A stretch of 64,000 bases of DNA, taken from an uncultured Chlamydiae bacterium (GTDB lineage: Bacteria; Chlamydiota; Chlamydiia; Chlamydiales; 2-12-FULL-49-11). The stretch covers positions 8,400 through 72,399 of the forward strand of contig CALKUQ010000018.1 of the NCBI GenBank assembly GCA_937996705.1, read 5' to 3'. A program made the translations under genes and the position numbers. Positions within the stretch are counted from its first letter, which is position 1. Each line of letters starts with the position of its first letter. The notes under the pieces are model-generated. The model worked only from the letters and a program-made list of their open reading frames with translations. It searched no databases and was not told the DNA's origin. Below are positions 44,878-54,412 of the stretch, piece by piece.

Positions 44878-45051
44878 TTAAATAGATCTCAATATACCTG
44901 TTTTAGACAAACGATGCAACCTAACCCGCATTTCACCCCTACTTCGAATTTTCCTGGCTAAACGCTCAAAAATTACTAAATTTAATAATCAAGTTGCAAT
45001 AAATACAACTGATTCATAAGTTGAGGATAAAACGAATAAGAGGGTATTATT

Positions 45052-45444
45052 ATGGCAGACGAGAAAAAATTTAATGGGTTTACAGTATCTGAATTAGAGA
45101 GCAGGGTAAAAAAATACGGCTTAGAGATTTGCATGTGCGTCACATTCATTTTAAGTGCAATTTTTACACTGGCCTGGGGTGGCTCTATGCTTTTATGGTC
45201 TATACTTCTTTGCATGATCTTGGCAGTTATTGGCGCCATTTTTCCTAAACCGGTCAAAAGAGCGTTTCATTCTACGCTAGAATTCATTTATAAAGAAAGA
45301 GTTACATCGATTGCAGCAGCTGTTATCAGCATACTAGCTAGCATTTTCCTCCCCGTGATCATATTCGCCCTAGTAGGCCTAATTGCAGGAAAATCAATTG
45401 CTTTACATGCATCCGCTTGCTGCTCAACAAGTAGCGAAAAGTAA
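45052..45444 (+). CDS. small integral membrane protein with a bilobed hydrophobic domain (Inc-like)
   Basis: A GAGGG SD is upstream. ICMCVTFILSAIFTLAW-GG-SMLLWSILLCMILAVIGAIF, plus a second hydrophobic block SIAAAVISILASIFLPVIIFALVGLIAG. Confidence 0.6.
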   Translation: MADEKKFNGFTVSELESRVKKYGLEICMCVTFILSAIFTLAWGGSMLLWSILLCMILAVIGAIFPKPVKRAFHSTLEFIYKERVTSIAAAVISILASIFLPVIIFALVGLIAGKSIALHASACCSTSSEK

Positions 45445-45452
45445 ATCGTCAT

Positions 45453-45500
45453 AGCCACTTCGGAGCAAGAATCAAATGATTCTCAATTCAGGAAGTGGCT
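45453..45500 (+). terminator. stem-loop downstream of 45052..45444 (possible terminator or RNA element, no T-tract)
   Basis: AGCCACTTC (45453-45461) pairs with GAAGTGGCT (45492-45500). An inner AGAATC/GATTCT hairpin sits in the loop. Confidence 0.3.
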
Positions 45501-45680
45501 CCCCTGAAAAATATCTTTCACACCTAAAAATCAATAACTTGCAGTTTGTCCTCCTTTGTAGTCATACTATTTTTTAGATAATTAAGGCTTCCATACAATA
45601 CATTAATAATCAATATTTTAATGTTTGTAATAAAAATATAAGCTTCCTATAATTATGTAATAATTATATTGGAGGTTATT

Positions 45681-47123
45681 TTGGCAATTCACTTTAGGTA
45701 TTCAGCACCTTATGCTATGGACGCTCTAACAAGAGCTCTAGAGGATACGCCCCCTCTATCCCCCACTCCAGAGAAATTCAAAATGTCTTCATCGAAATTT
45801 GAAGCACTCTATACACCCATTAGACTAACTGAAGAAAGAAGGGTTGAATTGGTTCAAGAAGGCCCCTCTTCTCCAAAAGGATCAACCATAATAATTACAC
45901 CTGCACCTGAAAAAACAACCCCAAAGGTCTCCTCCCTATCTCATAAAATTCTTATTTTAATCGGGGGAAATGCAGGTTTTTCAAGAATATTAAGAAATGA
46001 TTGGCTAGATAGGCATTCCGATGGAATAGTGATCTCTCTGGTTAGAAAACCAAATAACTACCCCGACCCAAGTCGTTGCATATCGATCGCTATGGGAGAT
46101 TATGGCTATCACAATCCTGCAAAAATTCAAGCACTAGTTGAAGAGAAACTCCTCGAGCTAAATCCAGAAAGCATATCTATTGTTTCCTGCGCAGGAACTG
46201 CAGATCCTAAATGCGGAGAAACTTTATACACAAGTAACATTTTACCTACGATTAACTCTGCCAAAGGGATAATAAAAATCGCGCACGATCTAAAAGTTAA
46301 AAATATCGCCTTTATCTACCTAAGTTCGATTGCCTGCTCTTATGTTGACCCTAAACAGTCCCCCTACGTACTCAGCAAACTCGTAGCAGAAGAAAAAGCT
46401 GAAGCCCTTATGATAAAAGCGCGGGAGTCAGGAGAATTCAGCTCTGTAACCTATGCAGGTCTTAGAGCTGGAGCGATTAAATCCCGCGAAGATTGCGCGG
46501 ATAAATCGCATCACCCTCATGATTGTGAAGGTCTTGCAACTATGCTCCCCTATTTTCCAACACCTGGGAAAAGAGGTCAAATCGATCCAGCATTCCCTTA
46601 TCTAGCCGCAAGAGATCTTGCAGATATTATTCTAAATATAATAGATGCAAAGACAAATTTCTCAGGAAACTTCGACGCTGTCTCTTCTGAGTTGGTAACC
46701 TATTCTGAGATGGCAAAAACTTATACAAGCTTTTACGGAATTGATCATTTTCCCATCTACTTACCGACGGAACTCCTTAAAGAATTAGCAGAAATAATTC
46801 CCCACGGAAAGTTCTCCGCTTACGCATTTTATTTATTAGAGGAACTATGCAAAGAAAACTCGCGACCATTTGACACAACTCAAGCGAAATTTTGGCTTAA
46901 CAGAGACTTTATAAAATTGAAAGAGATCGGCGTTCCAACTGATGAAGAGAGCGGGAAACCAATTTACCCTGAGTCTGCAGTTTCAGCACACTTGAAAGAG
47001 GCGACAATACAATTTCTAAAAGATCCCAGAAAACTAGCAAAAGCGATCTTAGCTCTAGCAAAACATTCACCTGAATTGCTAGAAGAGATTCACCACATAG
47101 TGACAAAAGGGGCGAGAAGCTAA
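45681..47123 (+). CDS. NAD(P)-dependent epimerase/dehydratase (extended SDR) fold protein with a P/S/T-rich N-terminal extension
   Basis: ILILIGGNAGFSR Rossmann-like start and a YVLSKLVAEEKAE (YxxxK) catalytic motif. The first 90 or so residues are disordered (TPPLSPTPEKF, EGPSSPKGS, PAPEKTTPKVSS). The proposed start is the TTG at 45681, 5 nt after GGAGG (45671-45675). The ORF-track start is the TTG at 45669. Confidence 0.65.
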   Translation: MAIHFRYSAPYAMDALTRALEDTPPLSPTPEKFKMSSSKFEALYTPIRLTEERRVELVQEGPSSPKGSTIIITPAPEKTTPKVSSLSHKILILIGGNAGFSRILRNDWLDRHSDGIVISLVRKPNNYPDPSRCISIAMGDYGYHNPAKIQALVEEKLLELNPESISIVSCAGTADPKCGETLYTSNILPTINSAKGIIKIAHDLKVKNIAFIYLSSIACSYVDPKQSPYVLSKLVAEEKAEALMIKARESGEFSSVTYAGLRAGAIKSREDCADKSHHPHDCEGLATMLPYFPTPGKRGQIDPAFPYLAARDLADIILNIIDAKTNFSGNFDAVSSELVTYSEMAKTYTSFYGIDHFPIYLPTELLKELAEIIPHGKFSAYAFYLLEELCKENSRPFDTTQAKFWLNRDFIKLKEIGVPTDEESGKPIYPESAVSAHLKEATIQFLKDPRKLAKAILALAKHSPELLEEIHHIVTKGARS

Positions 47124-47129
47124 CCCCCT

Positions 47130-47324
47130 CTATTTTGCAGGGGGCGCTACCCTTCCGAATAGACTTTTTTGAGCAGCCTGTCTTGCCTCGATAGCAGCAA
47201 GCTCTTTATTAAATAATGTATCTGCCCTTTCCTCTAATTGCTTATGAGTATAAGCTATACCAAAAAATTTCGAGCGAGGGGCAGACTGATTCGCTATACA
47301 ACTTACTACTGATCCAACAAACAT
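47130..47324 (-). CDS. hypothetical small protein
   Basis: 64-aa ORF with GGAG 5 nt upstream of the ATG. Convergent with the SDR gene (6-nt gap). No family recognised. Confidence 0.35.
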   Translation of the reverse strand: MFVGSVVSCIANQSAPRSKFFGIAYTHKQLEERADTLFNKELAAIEARQAAQKSLFGRVAPPAK

Positions 47325-47424
47325 AACAACTCCAAAAATTGTAACACGGTCTGAGATTAGTACTATTTCTAATTAAAAAGAAGTATAAAAATTTATTTAT
47401 TTTAAGATTTGATGTGTTTCTTGT

Positions 47425-48108
47425 TTATTTCTGATAAAGATCGACAAGAGATATGGAATCCTCGCTTAAATGAGCATAAACCTCATTTGAAATAAGCGAT
47501 TTAATCTCCCTCCATTTCTCAAGAGATGCCTCTGATTTTTGAATCAGATTTTCTAAAAACTGAGCTCGAACTAAATTTAGACCGTAAAGAGTCGGAGAAC
47601 TCTCCTTAGAAATCTTTGTCTCTAATTCTTTGGCTTTTGCAAAAGCCTCGGCATACTTACCCTCTTCAATAAGAAGAGAATTTTTTGCGTAATCAAGATA
47701 GAGAGGATTGATAAAAGATAGCCTCTTTAAAGACTCGAGCGAAACTTTTTTAGCCTCAACTAGCTCCCCTTCTAAAACATAAGCTTGTTCCAGATAGGAT
47801 CCAAAAGAGGGTTTCAGCTCGGGATGCTTTTTCAAAAGGCGGGTAATCTCTAGAAGATCAACCTGATTATCAGCTTTGCACTTAGCCTCCAGGATTCCTG
47901 CCTGAAAGTACTCACCCATCCTGTGATCTTTTCCATTCACACCTTTGGCAAAAAATGTTAATCCTATTGCCGCAATTGCTAGGCCAGTTAAAAAGCGCTC
48001 TTTATGTTTCCAGACTAAATCTTTTAGGAAACTCGCGCTTAGTTTTGGGGTATCTGACTCAGGAAATTTAATTTTCATACACGCTACTTTAACATAGGTC
48101 CATTTCAA
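47425..48108 (-). CDS. membrane-anchored TPR-like protein (YfgM-like layout)
   Basis: A single TM (FLTGLAIAAIGLTFFA) followed by helical TPR-like repeats (IEEGKYAEAFAKAKEL). ATGA overlap with the upstream ORF. Confidence 0.6.
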   Translation of the reverse strand: MKWTYVKVACMKIKFPESDTPKLSASFLKDLVWKHKERFLTGLAIAAIGLTFFAKGVNGKDHRMGEYFQAGILEAKCKADNQVDLLEITRLLKKHPELKPSFGSYLEQAYVLEGELVEAKKVSLESLKRLSFINPLYLDYAKNSLLIEEGKYAEAFAKAKELETKISKESSPTLYGLNLVRAQFLENLIQKSEASLEKWREIKSLISNEVYAHLSEDSISLVDLYQK

Positions 48109-48572
48109 AGTGAATTAAAAAAATCAATTCTCTCCTTTAAACATTGCTGCAACCCCTTTAAGGATTCATTCCTCTCACGAAAATAGGCCAAAGCTAAAGT
48201 TTCAACAGGAGAAAGCGTTTGCCTGGAAATCTCTTTTCTCCAACATCTGCTAGCCAGACGCAATTGCAACTGAGCATATTCACCCATCCACTCTGGATAC
48301 TCTTCCGTAAATTTTTCACGGGCAGCTTCAAAAAATTCAATTTCGGTCAACCCAGGAATCCTACTCTCCCCAAATTCCCTCCAGACTCGACAAAAATCTA
48401 GATGGCAGCTCCAACCATCGCTTTTTCGGGAAATCTCCTCCCAATACGATCTAATAGATCCAATCCATTTAACCTCGTTCACTGTTTTGAATGCAGTGAC
48501 CATCGCAATATCCGCTTCACAATTAAGATCGCCGTCTCTGAAACTCATCCTTTTTTTTGTAGACACATCCAA
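48105..48572 (-). CDS. hypothetical Trp-rich cytoplasmic protein
   Basis: 155-aa ORF translationally coupled to 47425..48108. No recognised motif. Confidence 0.55.
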   Translation of the reverse strand: MDVSTKKRMSFRDGDLNCEADIAMVTAFKTVNEVKWIGSIRSYWEEISRKSDGWSCHLDFCRVWREFGESRIPGLTEIEFFEAAREKFTEEYPEWMGEYAQLQLRLASRCWRKEISRQTLSPVETLALAYFRERNESLKGLQQCLKERIDFFNSL

Positions 48573-48614
48573 AAAAAGCTCTCCGTCTAAATTTTGAAAA
48601 GAGACTTTAACCGA

Positions 48615-50327
48615 TTAAGATAAATTTTTAAAGATAAATTCCCTCTCCTCTGCCTTTTGAAGTAAAAATTTAGAAACGGTCTCCCAACCCTTACCACTTG
48701 GATCCCATGGATTTAAAACTCTTAACCTTGTTCCATAAATACTTTCAATACACCTCTCAGCCTCGGTCTCAACAGAAAGAGAGGCAACTAATCTACACAC
48801 ATTCAGATCGCGCTGTTCAAAAGCCTCTTCCACATCTAAATTTGAAGAGAGAGGCATTTTTTCTAAATTGGAAATTACATCTTCGACTACAGAACGAACA
48901 TGAGAACGCATCCAAACTTTCCCTATAGTATGAAGTTGAAGCCTAGCATACTCTAAGCCAATTTTTTCATCAAAAGAGCTAAAATGATAGAGGGACATAA
49001 ACTCTGAATCAATTAAAGCAAAAAAACTCGAAAAAATTTCATTTTCAAACTCCCTTACATTATCTACTAAAGCTTTTTCAGTAATCCTGTTATGCCATAC
49101 GAGATTAAAAGAAATTTGAGATTGAAATCTTTGATAAAAATCGATCCATCTAGAGAAAATATTTTGATGTATACTATAACCATGCGGAAGGCTCAAAATC
49201 ATATTCCAATATCGCTCTATAACATCGTCTTTAAGTCTAAAAATATTTAGTAATGCAAAATCAGCGGCTTTATTTTTCTCGATAACGCGAAGATCCTTAA
49301 ATGCTGTTTCTTCATCATCAATTCCTATTTTTTCAAACACTGCTATTTTATAAGAGCAATTTGATTGTAATTGCATCTCAAGCAAACCCTCATCGTCAAA
49401 CAATCTAAAAGATTGATTAACAGCCTTGTCAAAATTTGTAACTGAAAATTCCTTGGGATCAAAAACACCTCCGGTTTGATACACCCCCTCTCTCTCTTCG
49501 ATTTCCAACTTAAGATCACGAAGCAAAAACTCTAGTTTTACTTTAAATAAGGAGGGGCCTGTTAGCTTAAGCTGCAAAAAACAATAATTTCTTACAATTT
49601 CTCCGAATTCCCATACATGAAGATCAAATAATTTCTCTAAAAACATCTTGTAAAATTCTTCACTGATCAATCCAATTTGGAGAGACTTTTCTTCAGGTCC
49701 AAGCCCCACTAATTTTGCCACTTCATCCTCTGCAAATCCTGTAAACTGATCAATAAGCTGAAGCAAATGCCTCTGCCAAACTTTATAATGAGTTAATACA
49801 CATTTAGCTTGGCTCGATGTCCTAATATGGTTCCAGTATTCAAAAACAAAAAATGTCCCCTCTGAAAAAAATAGATCCCCACTAATTCTATGTTTTGCAG
49901 CAACCATTTTCATATCGGCTTGGCACATCACTTCTATTACTTTCACAATTTCGCTACTTTTTTGCTCAGACCTCGCCTTTTTTTTCTCTTGAATAGCAAC
50001 TACTTCAAAAGCGATTTTTTTAACCGCATCTTCAATCTGAGATCTATGCCTTAAATTTTTCTCCCCAAATCGATCTTTTAATTCCTCATAGATGTTTCTA
50101 GCCTCTAAAAGGGGAACCTTCATTTGCTTTGAGACTTTTATCAATCTTTTTAATAAGCCCTCTATTTTAAAAGGCATCTCCCCTTTTAAGCAAATTCGGT
50201 AAGATCTCCCTCCAAAAGTCACTTGTAATTCTCTCTTAGCTCTCTCAAGTTCGTTTTGATATTTACTTGTCACTATTTGCATATAAAACTCCGATTTTGA
50301 GCAGAGACTATAGCGATTAGAAATCAA
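48615..50327 (-). CDS. hypothetical 555-570 aa protein, no recognisable domain
   Basis: Long uninterrupted ORF. The ORF-track start is a TTG 4 nt after the upstream stop. The alternative ATG at 50282 has GGAG 6 nt upstream. Confidence 0.65.
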   Translation of the reverse strand: MISNRYSLCSKSEFYMQIVTSKYQNELERAKRELQVTFGGRSYRICLKGEMPFKIEGLLKRLIKVSKQMKVPLLEARNIYEELKDRFGEKNLRHRSQIEDAVKKIAFEVVAIQEKKKARSEQKSSEIVKVIEVMCQADMKMVAAKHRISGDLFFSEGTFFVFEYWNHIRTSSQAKCVLTHYKVWQRHLLQLIDQFTGFAEDEVAKLVGLGPEEKSLQIGLISEEFYKMFLEKLFDLHVWEFGEIVRNYCFLQLKLTGPSLFKVKLEFLLRDLKLEIEEREGVYQTGGVFDPKEFSVTNFDKAVNQSFRLFDDEGLLEMQLQSNCSYKIAVFEKIGIDDEETAFKDLRVIEKNKAADFALLNIFRLKDDVIERYWNMILSLPHGYSIHQNIFSRWIDFYQRFQSQISFNLVWHNRITEKALVDNVREFENEIFSSFFALIDSEFMSLYHFSSFDEKIGLEYARLQLHTIGKVWMRSHVRSVVEDVISNLEKMPLSSNLDVEEAFEQRDLNVCRLVASLSVETEAERCIESIYGTRLRVLNPWDPSGKGWETVSKFLLQKAEEREFIFKNLS

Positions 50328-50331
50328 TTAT

Positions 50332-50934
50332 TCAAGCAAGAGGATTTTTAAGACACTTTCTAAAGACTAAAAAGGAAATATCTGTATTTTTTCCGTGGTA
50401 CCAAGGTATATCTTGGTACCTTTTATATCCCCTTCTTACATGCTTATGCAAAACAAAATCGTGCGATCTAAGAAGTTGCACGTAATCGGGAAGATCCCGA
50501 TTATAAACAGGGGGAATCCCATCTCTTTGCCATTCTCTCCCCAGAATTTCGGAGACAATCAGCCACTTACATCGAAATTTTTGGAGCGCCTCATGCAACT
50601 CCTTATCACTTAAATGGAGAAATACTGTGTAAGCAAGATAGAGTTCTGCTCCCATTACATCATCGGTTAAAAGGGAGAATTGGTACTTTTCAAACTTAGT
50701 TTTAGCCTCTTCAATTGCAGCAGGATTGACATCAACCCCTAAGTACTTAGTAGGATCAAAACTTTCACAAAGTCTTCCATACCCACATCCAAAATCAATG
50801 ACACTATTATAGCCCACTTCATCCGACAAATCTCTTAAAACGGAATGAACATCAAAGCCTTCAGGAAACTCCCCAAAACCTTTAGGAATAACATGTTCAA
50901 GCCCTTGCTCTTTCCAGAAATCTTTTGATTGCAT
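50332..50934 (-). CDS. class I SAM-dependent methyltransferase
   Basis: Motif I VIDFGCGYGRL, an acidic residue after beta-2 (YLGVDVN) and a 200-aa length. Confidence 0.75.
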   Translation of the reverse strand: MQSKDFWKEQGLEHVIPKGFGEFPEGFDVHSVLRDLSDEVGYNSVIDFGCGYGRLCESFDPTKYLGVDVNPAAIEEAKTKFEKYQFSLLTDDVMGAELYLAYTVFLHLSDKELHEALQKFRCKWLIVSEILGREWQRDGIPPVYNRDLPDYVQLLRSHDFVLHKHVRRGYKRYQDIPWYHGKNTDISFLVFRKCLKNPLA

Positions 50935-50976
50935 AGGCTCACCATACTAACCCACCCATTTTCCGTATAGAAAAAA

Positions 50977-52002
50977 CTAAAATAGTTCCTTGAGATAGTT
51001 AAGAATACGGAGATGTCCCGAAGAAAAGGGGTGATTGGAGAGGTCACTTTTATGAATCCACGTGTAGCCTAACACCGGTATTTTTTGCAAAGTGCTAAAG
51101 TGAAAGGGGAAAAGACTGGCTTTAAACCGTGTAAAATGTTGCTTTTGCTTTAGTAGAGGGCTAATTAATTGAAGAGGAAGAGTAAGAGCCTCTTGAAGGA
51201 GCTTTTGATTTTCAGAAAGGACAAAATCCTCGTCAGTATCCAGATAAGGAAATTCATAAAGACCTGCCATAACCCTCCCCTTTTCTCCCTCCCTTACAAG
51301 ATAGTGGTCATCGCATACGATGCATGCAACAAACCGAAACAGCGGAGTAATCGATTTTCTTTCAGGAAGAATCGGCAACATTTCTTGACTTCCCTGTTTA
51401 TAAGCAACACAGCTTTTATGTAAGGGGCATAAATTGCAAACTGGTTTTTTAGTGCAGATTGTAGCCCCAAGTTCAATCAACCCCTCCATAGCAACGTAAG
51501 GCTCTTTCTCAGGGAGAAGATCAAATACAATTTGCCTCAGCTCTTTACTATGTTTTTTTACCTCTTTTTCAAATCCAATAACTCTTGAAACTACCCTTTC
51601 AACATTTCCATCCAAAGCAACCGCTTTTTGATAAAATCCAAAAGAGAGAATAGCCCCTGCTGTATAATGTCCGATTCCCTTCAGCTTCAAAAGCTCTTCT
51701 AACTGGTCTGGTAACTTTCCTTCATACTCCCTTTCAATCGTTTTCGCAAGCTCAAGCAAATTCCTAACACGAGAATAATAGCCTAGCCCCTCCCACATCT
51801 TAACAACTTCAGATTCCGTTGCTTGAGAAAGAGCTTGGAAGTTTGGAAATCTCTTCATCCACTTTTCAAAATAGGGTATCACGGCTAACGCTCTTGTTTG
51901 CTGGAGCATAACCTCCGAAATCAAAACGGAATAGGGTGTTTTTCCCTCGCGCCAGGGAAACGCTCTCCTATTTTTTAGAAACCAAATGCTCACTTGCTCC
52001 AT
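50977..52002 (-). CDS. mutY: A/G-specific adenine DNA glycosylase MutY
   Basis: HhH-GPD region (LKGIGHYTAGAILSF), GLGYYSRVRNL, a 4Fe-4S cluster loop (CTKKPVCNLCPLHKSC) and a C-terminal NUDIX-like domain. Confidence 0.9.
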   Translation of the reverse strand: MEQVSIWFLKNRRAFPWREGKTPYSVLISEVMLQQTRALAVIPYFEKWMKRFPNFQALSQATESEVVKMWEGLGYYSRVRNLLELAKTIEREYEGKLPDQLEELLKLKGIGHYTAGAILSFGFYQKAVALDGNVERVVSRVIGFEKEVKKHSKELRQIVFDLLPEKEPYVAMEGLIELGATICTKKPVCNLCPLHKSCVAYKQGSQEMLPILPERKSITPLFRFVACIVCDDHYLVREGEKGRVMAGLYEFPYLDTDEDFVLSENQKLLQEALTLPLQLISPLLKQKQHFTRFKASLFPFHFSTLQKIPVLGYTWIHKSDLSNHPFSSGHLRILNYLKELF

Positions 52003-52036
52003 ATCAACAAGTATTGTATAGACTAGATTGATATAT

Positions 52037-52414
52037 ATGGAAGATGGTTTAGAAGATTTAGAAAAAGAGGTGATTTGCCTCAGGGAGCTCCTTTCTCATC
52101 TAAAAGCTGAGGAGTCTTCTTTATTACAAGGCTCAACAACCGCTCAATTCACTGAAAATGAATCGCATCTGCAAAGAGAAAGACTTTTGCTTCAAAAAAG
52201 GCGAAAATTTCTTCTATTAGAAAAAGTAATTTCAGAAACAACTCCAGAGGTTGCAACATTTTTAGAACAAATCGCTTCTCTTAAAGAGAAAATTTCTGAT
52301 CAACGAAAAAATAACATCGAATTAAAGAAGCGCTCTCTCTATCCTTTACAAAAAATCGAAATAAAACGATCAATAAAGAAAAAACCCCTAATGTTAGAAG
52401 ATCAAAATGCATAA
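52037..52414 (+). CDS. hypothetical coiled-coil protein, first gene of the TagF-like operon
   Basis: About 125 aa, charged and heptad-rich. The stop overlaps the start of the next gene by 8 nt. The ORF-track start at 52028 is a TTG and the first ATG is at 52037. Confidence 0.45.
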   Translation: MEDGLEDLEKEVICLRELLSHLKAEESSLLQGSTTAQFTENESHLQRERLLLQKRRKFLLLEKVISETTPEVATFLEQIASLKEKISDQRKNNIELKKRSLYPLQKIEIKRSIKKKPLMLEDQNA

Positions 52415-53426
52415 ATCCGCCGGCTTTTTATATGGCCTTGATTTACATCACTTAGATCACTTAGCCCCCCTCTGTTCCCTCTTGTCTATTCCCCTTATTT
52501 TTACAAGTGAACTCGCCTTGGCCGTTGCAAAAGAGTTTTATCCCCATATTAAAGTGGAACTCTACTCCGAACTTACTTTTTCTGAGTCCATTTTAGTAAA
52601 TTACGATCTGATTTTCACCTGCCTTCCCAAGGAATTAATTGATCCCCTCTTTTATTTTGATGAGCATAAACTAAGAAAAAAAATTCTCTCTATTTGGCTT
52701 CCCCATGGCAATTCGGACAAAAATAATCTAGCTGCCCTTAAAAATGAAAAAATTATCCTTACCTACGGAAAACAAATGGTCGATACTTTAGCTAAAAAGG
52801 GGATTCTTGCTAAATTATTCCAGTATATTTTAGTCGGTAATTTTAGAGCCTATTTCTACAAAGAAGAGGAAAAATTTTATAAATCTATTTTAAAAAAGCA
52901 GCTCTCCTTTTCTAATAAACGGAAAACTATCCTTTATGCTCCGACATGGGATCACTCAAATGTAGAAGAAGATTTACCCTCCCTTTTAAAAACTTTGCCA
53001 AAAACGTACAATTTACTCATAAAACTTCATCCAAACACCCTTTCGAAAGGTTTTTATCTCTCGCTAGAAGAACAGTATGCAGATGATCCTCACATTAAAT
53101 TTATCTCACATATCCCTACCATTTACCCCATCTTAGAAAGCAGTGATTTTCTCATAACCGACTCTTCTTCGATAGCCTATGACTTTTTGCACTTTGATAA
53201 ACAAATGTTTTTTCTAACAAAGGGGAAAACCCCTATTCATAATTGCGGATACATCTCCTCTTTAAATGAAATTGGCAACGATCTAAAAAAAGTTGATATT
53301 TTTTCAGAAGCTAGGTCTACTCTCTACGAATACGCCTTTGATAAAAAAGTTTGCTTTGGAGCCCTCTCAAAAATCATCAAAACTACTTATGACACCTACT
53401 TTGAAAACGAGCTTCACTTCTTATAA
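52407..53426 (+). CDS. CDP-glycerol glycerophosphotransferase (TagB/TagF, Glyphos_transf) family protein, copy 1
   Basis: Family motifs ILYAPTWDHS, LLIKLHPN and FLITDSSSIAYDFLHFDKQMFF. Confidence 0.7.
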   Translation: MHKSAGFLYGLDLHHLDHLAPLCSLLSIPLIFTSELALAVAKEFYPHIKVELYSELTFSESILVNYDLIFTCLPKELIDPLFYFDEHKLRKKILSIWLPHGNSDKNNLAALKNEKIILTYGKQMVDTLAKKGILAKLFQYILVGNFRAYFYKEEEKFYKSILKKQLSFSNKRKTILYAPTWDHSNVEEDLPSLLKTLPKTYNLLIKLHPNTLSKGFYLSLEEQYADDPHIKFISHIPTIYPILESSDFLITDSSSIAYDFLHFDKQMFFLTKGKTPIHNCGYISSLNEIGNDLKKVDIFSEARSTLYEYAFDKKVCFGALSKIIKTTYDTYFENELHFL

Positions 53427-54375
53427 ACCGGTTGCATTAATTAGCGGCCCCTTTTTTCATCACCTGGATCACCTAGCACCCCTCTGTCATTTTATTGGTT
53501 GCCCCCTTTTAGTAGATGATAAAAACACCTATCTAATTGGTCAAAAATACTATCGTGATGTCGATATTCAGCTTGTATCGATTGATCTCCAAGTGTTGTC
53601 GGAAAAATACAACTTAATCCTTGTGTCGACAAAATACGCGAAAGAAGAGCTTTCAAACATATATAAATCTTTGAACATAAACCATATGAGATTTTGTTTT
53701 TGCCCCCATGGCCAATCTGATAAAGGAGTATTTGACTCAAATGCTATTTCCGAATTAGGCCAAGATCTTGTATTATTTTATGGAGAACACCAAAAAAGCA
53801 GAATCAATCCACCTGATAACTATTTTATTGTAGGCAATTTCCGATTAGCCTATTACCAAAAATTCAAACAATTCTATGATGAGCAAATTGAAACGATTCT
53901 CACCCCCCTTCCGAAACAAAAAACCATTCTCTACGCACCCACTTGGAAAGACCAAGAGACCTCTACCACATTTTTTTCCTTTTGGAAAAATATCATCCAG
54001 TTACTGCCGGATAACTACAATCTCATAGTTAAAATTCATCCCCTTCTAGAAAAACATTATCCTGCTCACACCTATGAAGCTCTATCCTACAATCAATTTA
54101 AACCTAACATTCTTACGCTGTTTGAAATGCCCTTGATTTACCCTTTATTAAACAAAATTGATGTCTACTTAGGAGACTACTCTGCTATTGGCTACGACTT
54201 TCTTTATTTCAATCGCCCCCTTTTCTTTCTTGGGAACAAAAAAGTTCCCCTCTACGATTGCGGTATTCAAGTCTCATCCGTAGAAGAATTTTATCAAAAG
54301 ATAGAAGAGACTCAAGATCATCTTTCTGGAAAAAGAATTGAAGAATATCAATACACATTTTCTCCTTTTTTATAG
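53389..54375 (+). CDS. CDP-glycerol glycerophosphotransferase (TagB/TagF) family protein, copy 2 (paralogue)
   Basis: ILYAPTWKDQ, LIVKIHPL and YLGDYSAIGYDFLYFNRPLFF. The N-terminus GPFFHHLDHLAPLC aligns with copy 1 (LDLHHLDHLAPLC), which supports the ATG at 53389 over the ORF-track start at 53293. Confidence 0.7.
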   Translation: MTPTLKTSFTSYKPVALISGPFFHHLDHLAPLCHFIGCPLLVDDKNTYLIGQKYYRDVDIQLVSIDLQVLSEKYNLILVSTKYAKEELSNIYKSLNINHMRFCFCPHGQSDKGVFDSNAISELGQDLVLFYGEHQKSRINPPDNYFIVGNFRLAYYQKFKQFYDEQIETILTPLPKQKTILYAPTWKDQETSTTFFSFWKNIIQLLPDNYNLIVKIHPLLEKHYPAHTYEALSYNQFKPNILTLFEMPLIYPLLNKIDVYLGDYSAIGYDFLYFNRPLFFLGNKKVPLYDCGIQVSSVEEFYQKIEETQDHLSGKRIEEYQYTFSPFL

Positions 54376-54412
54376 GATTTAAACTGATTGATTTTATATA
54401 ATCTGACCCTAT

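Noticed and set aside
53293-53388. ORF-track N-terminal extension of the second TagF-like gene
   Set aside because: The paralogue alignment begins near HHLDHLAPLC. The extension lies inside the first copy's coding sequence in another frame, so the ATG at 53389 is the more parsimonious start.
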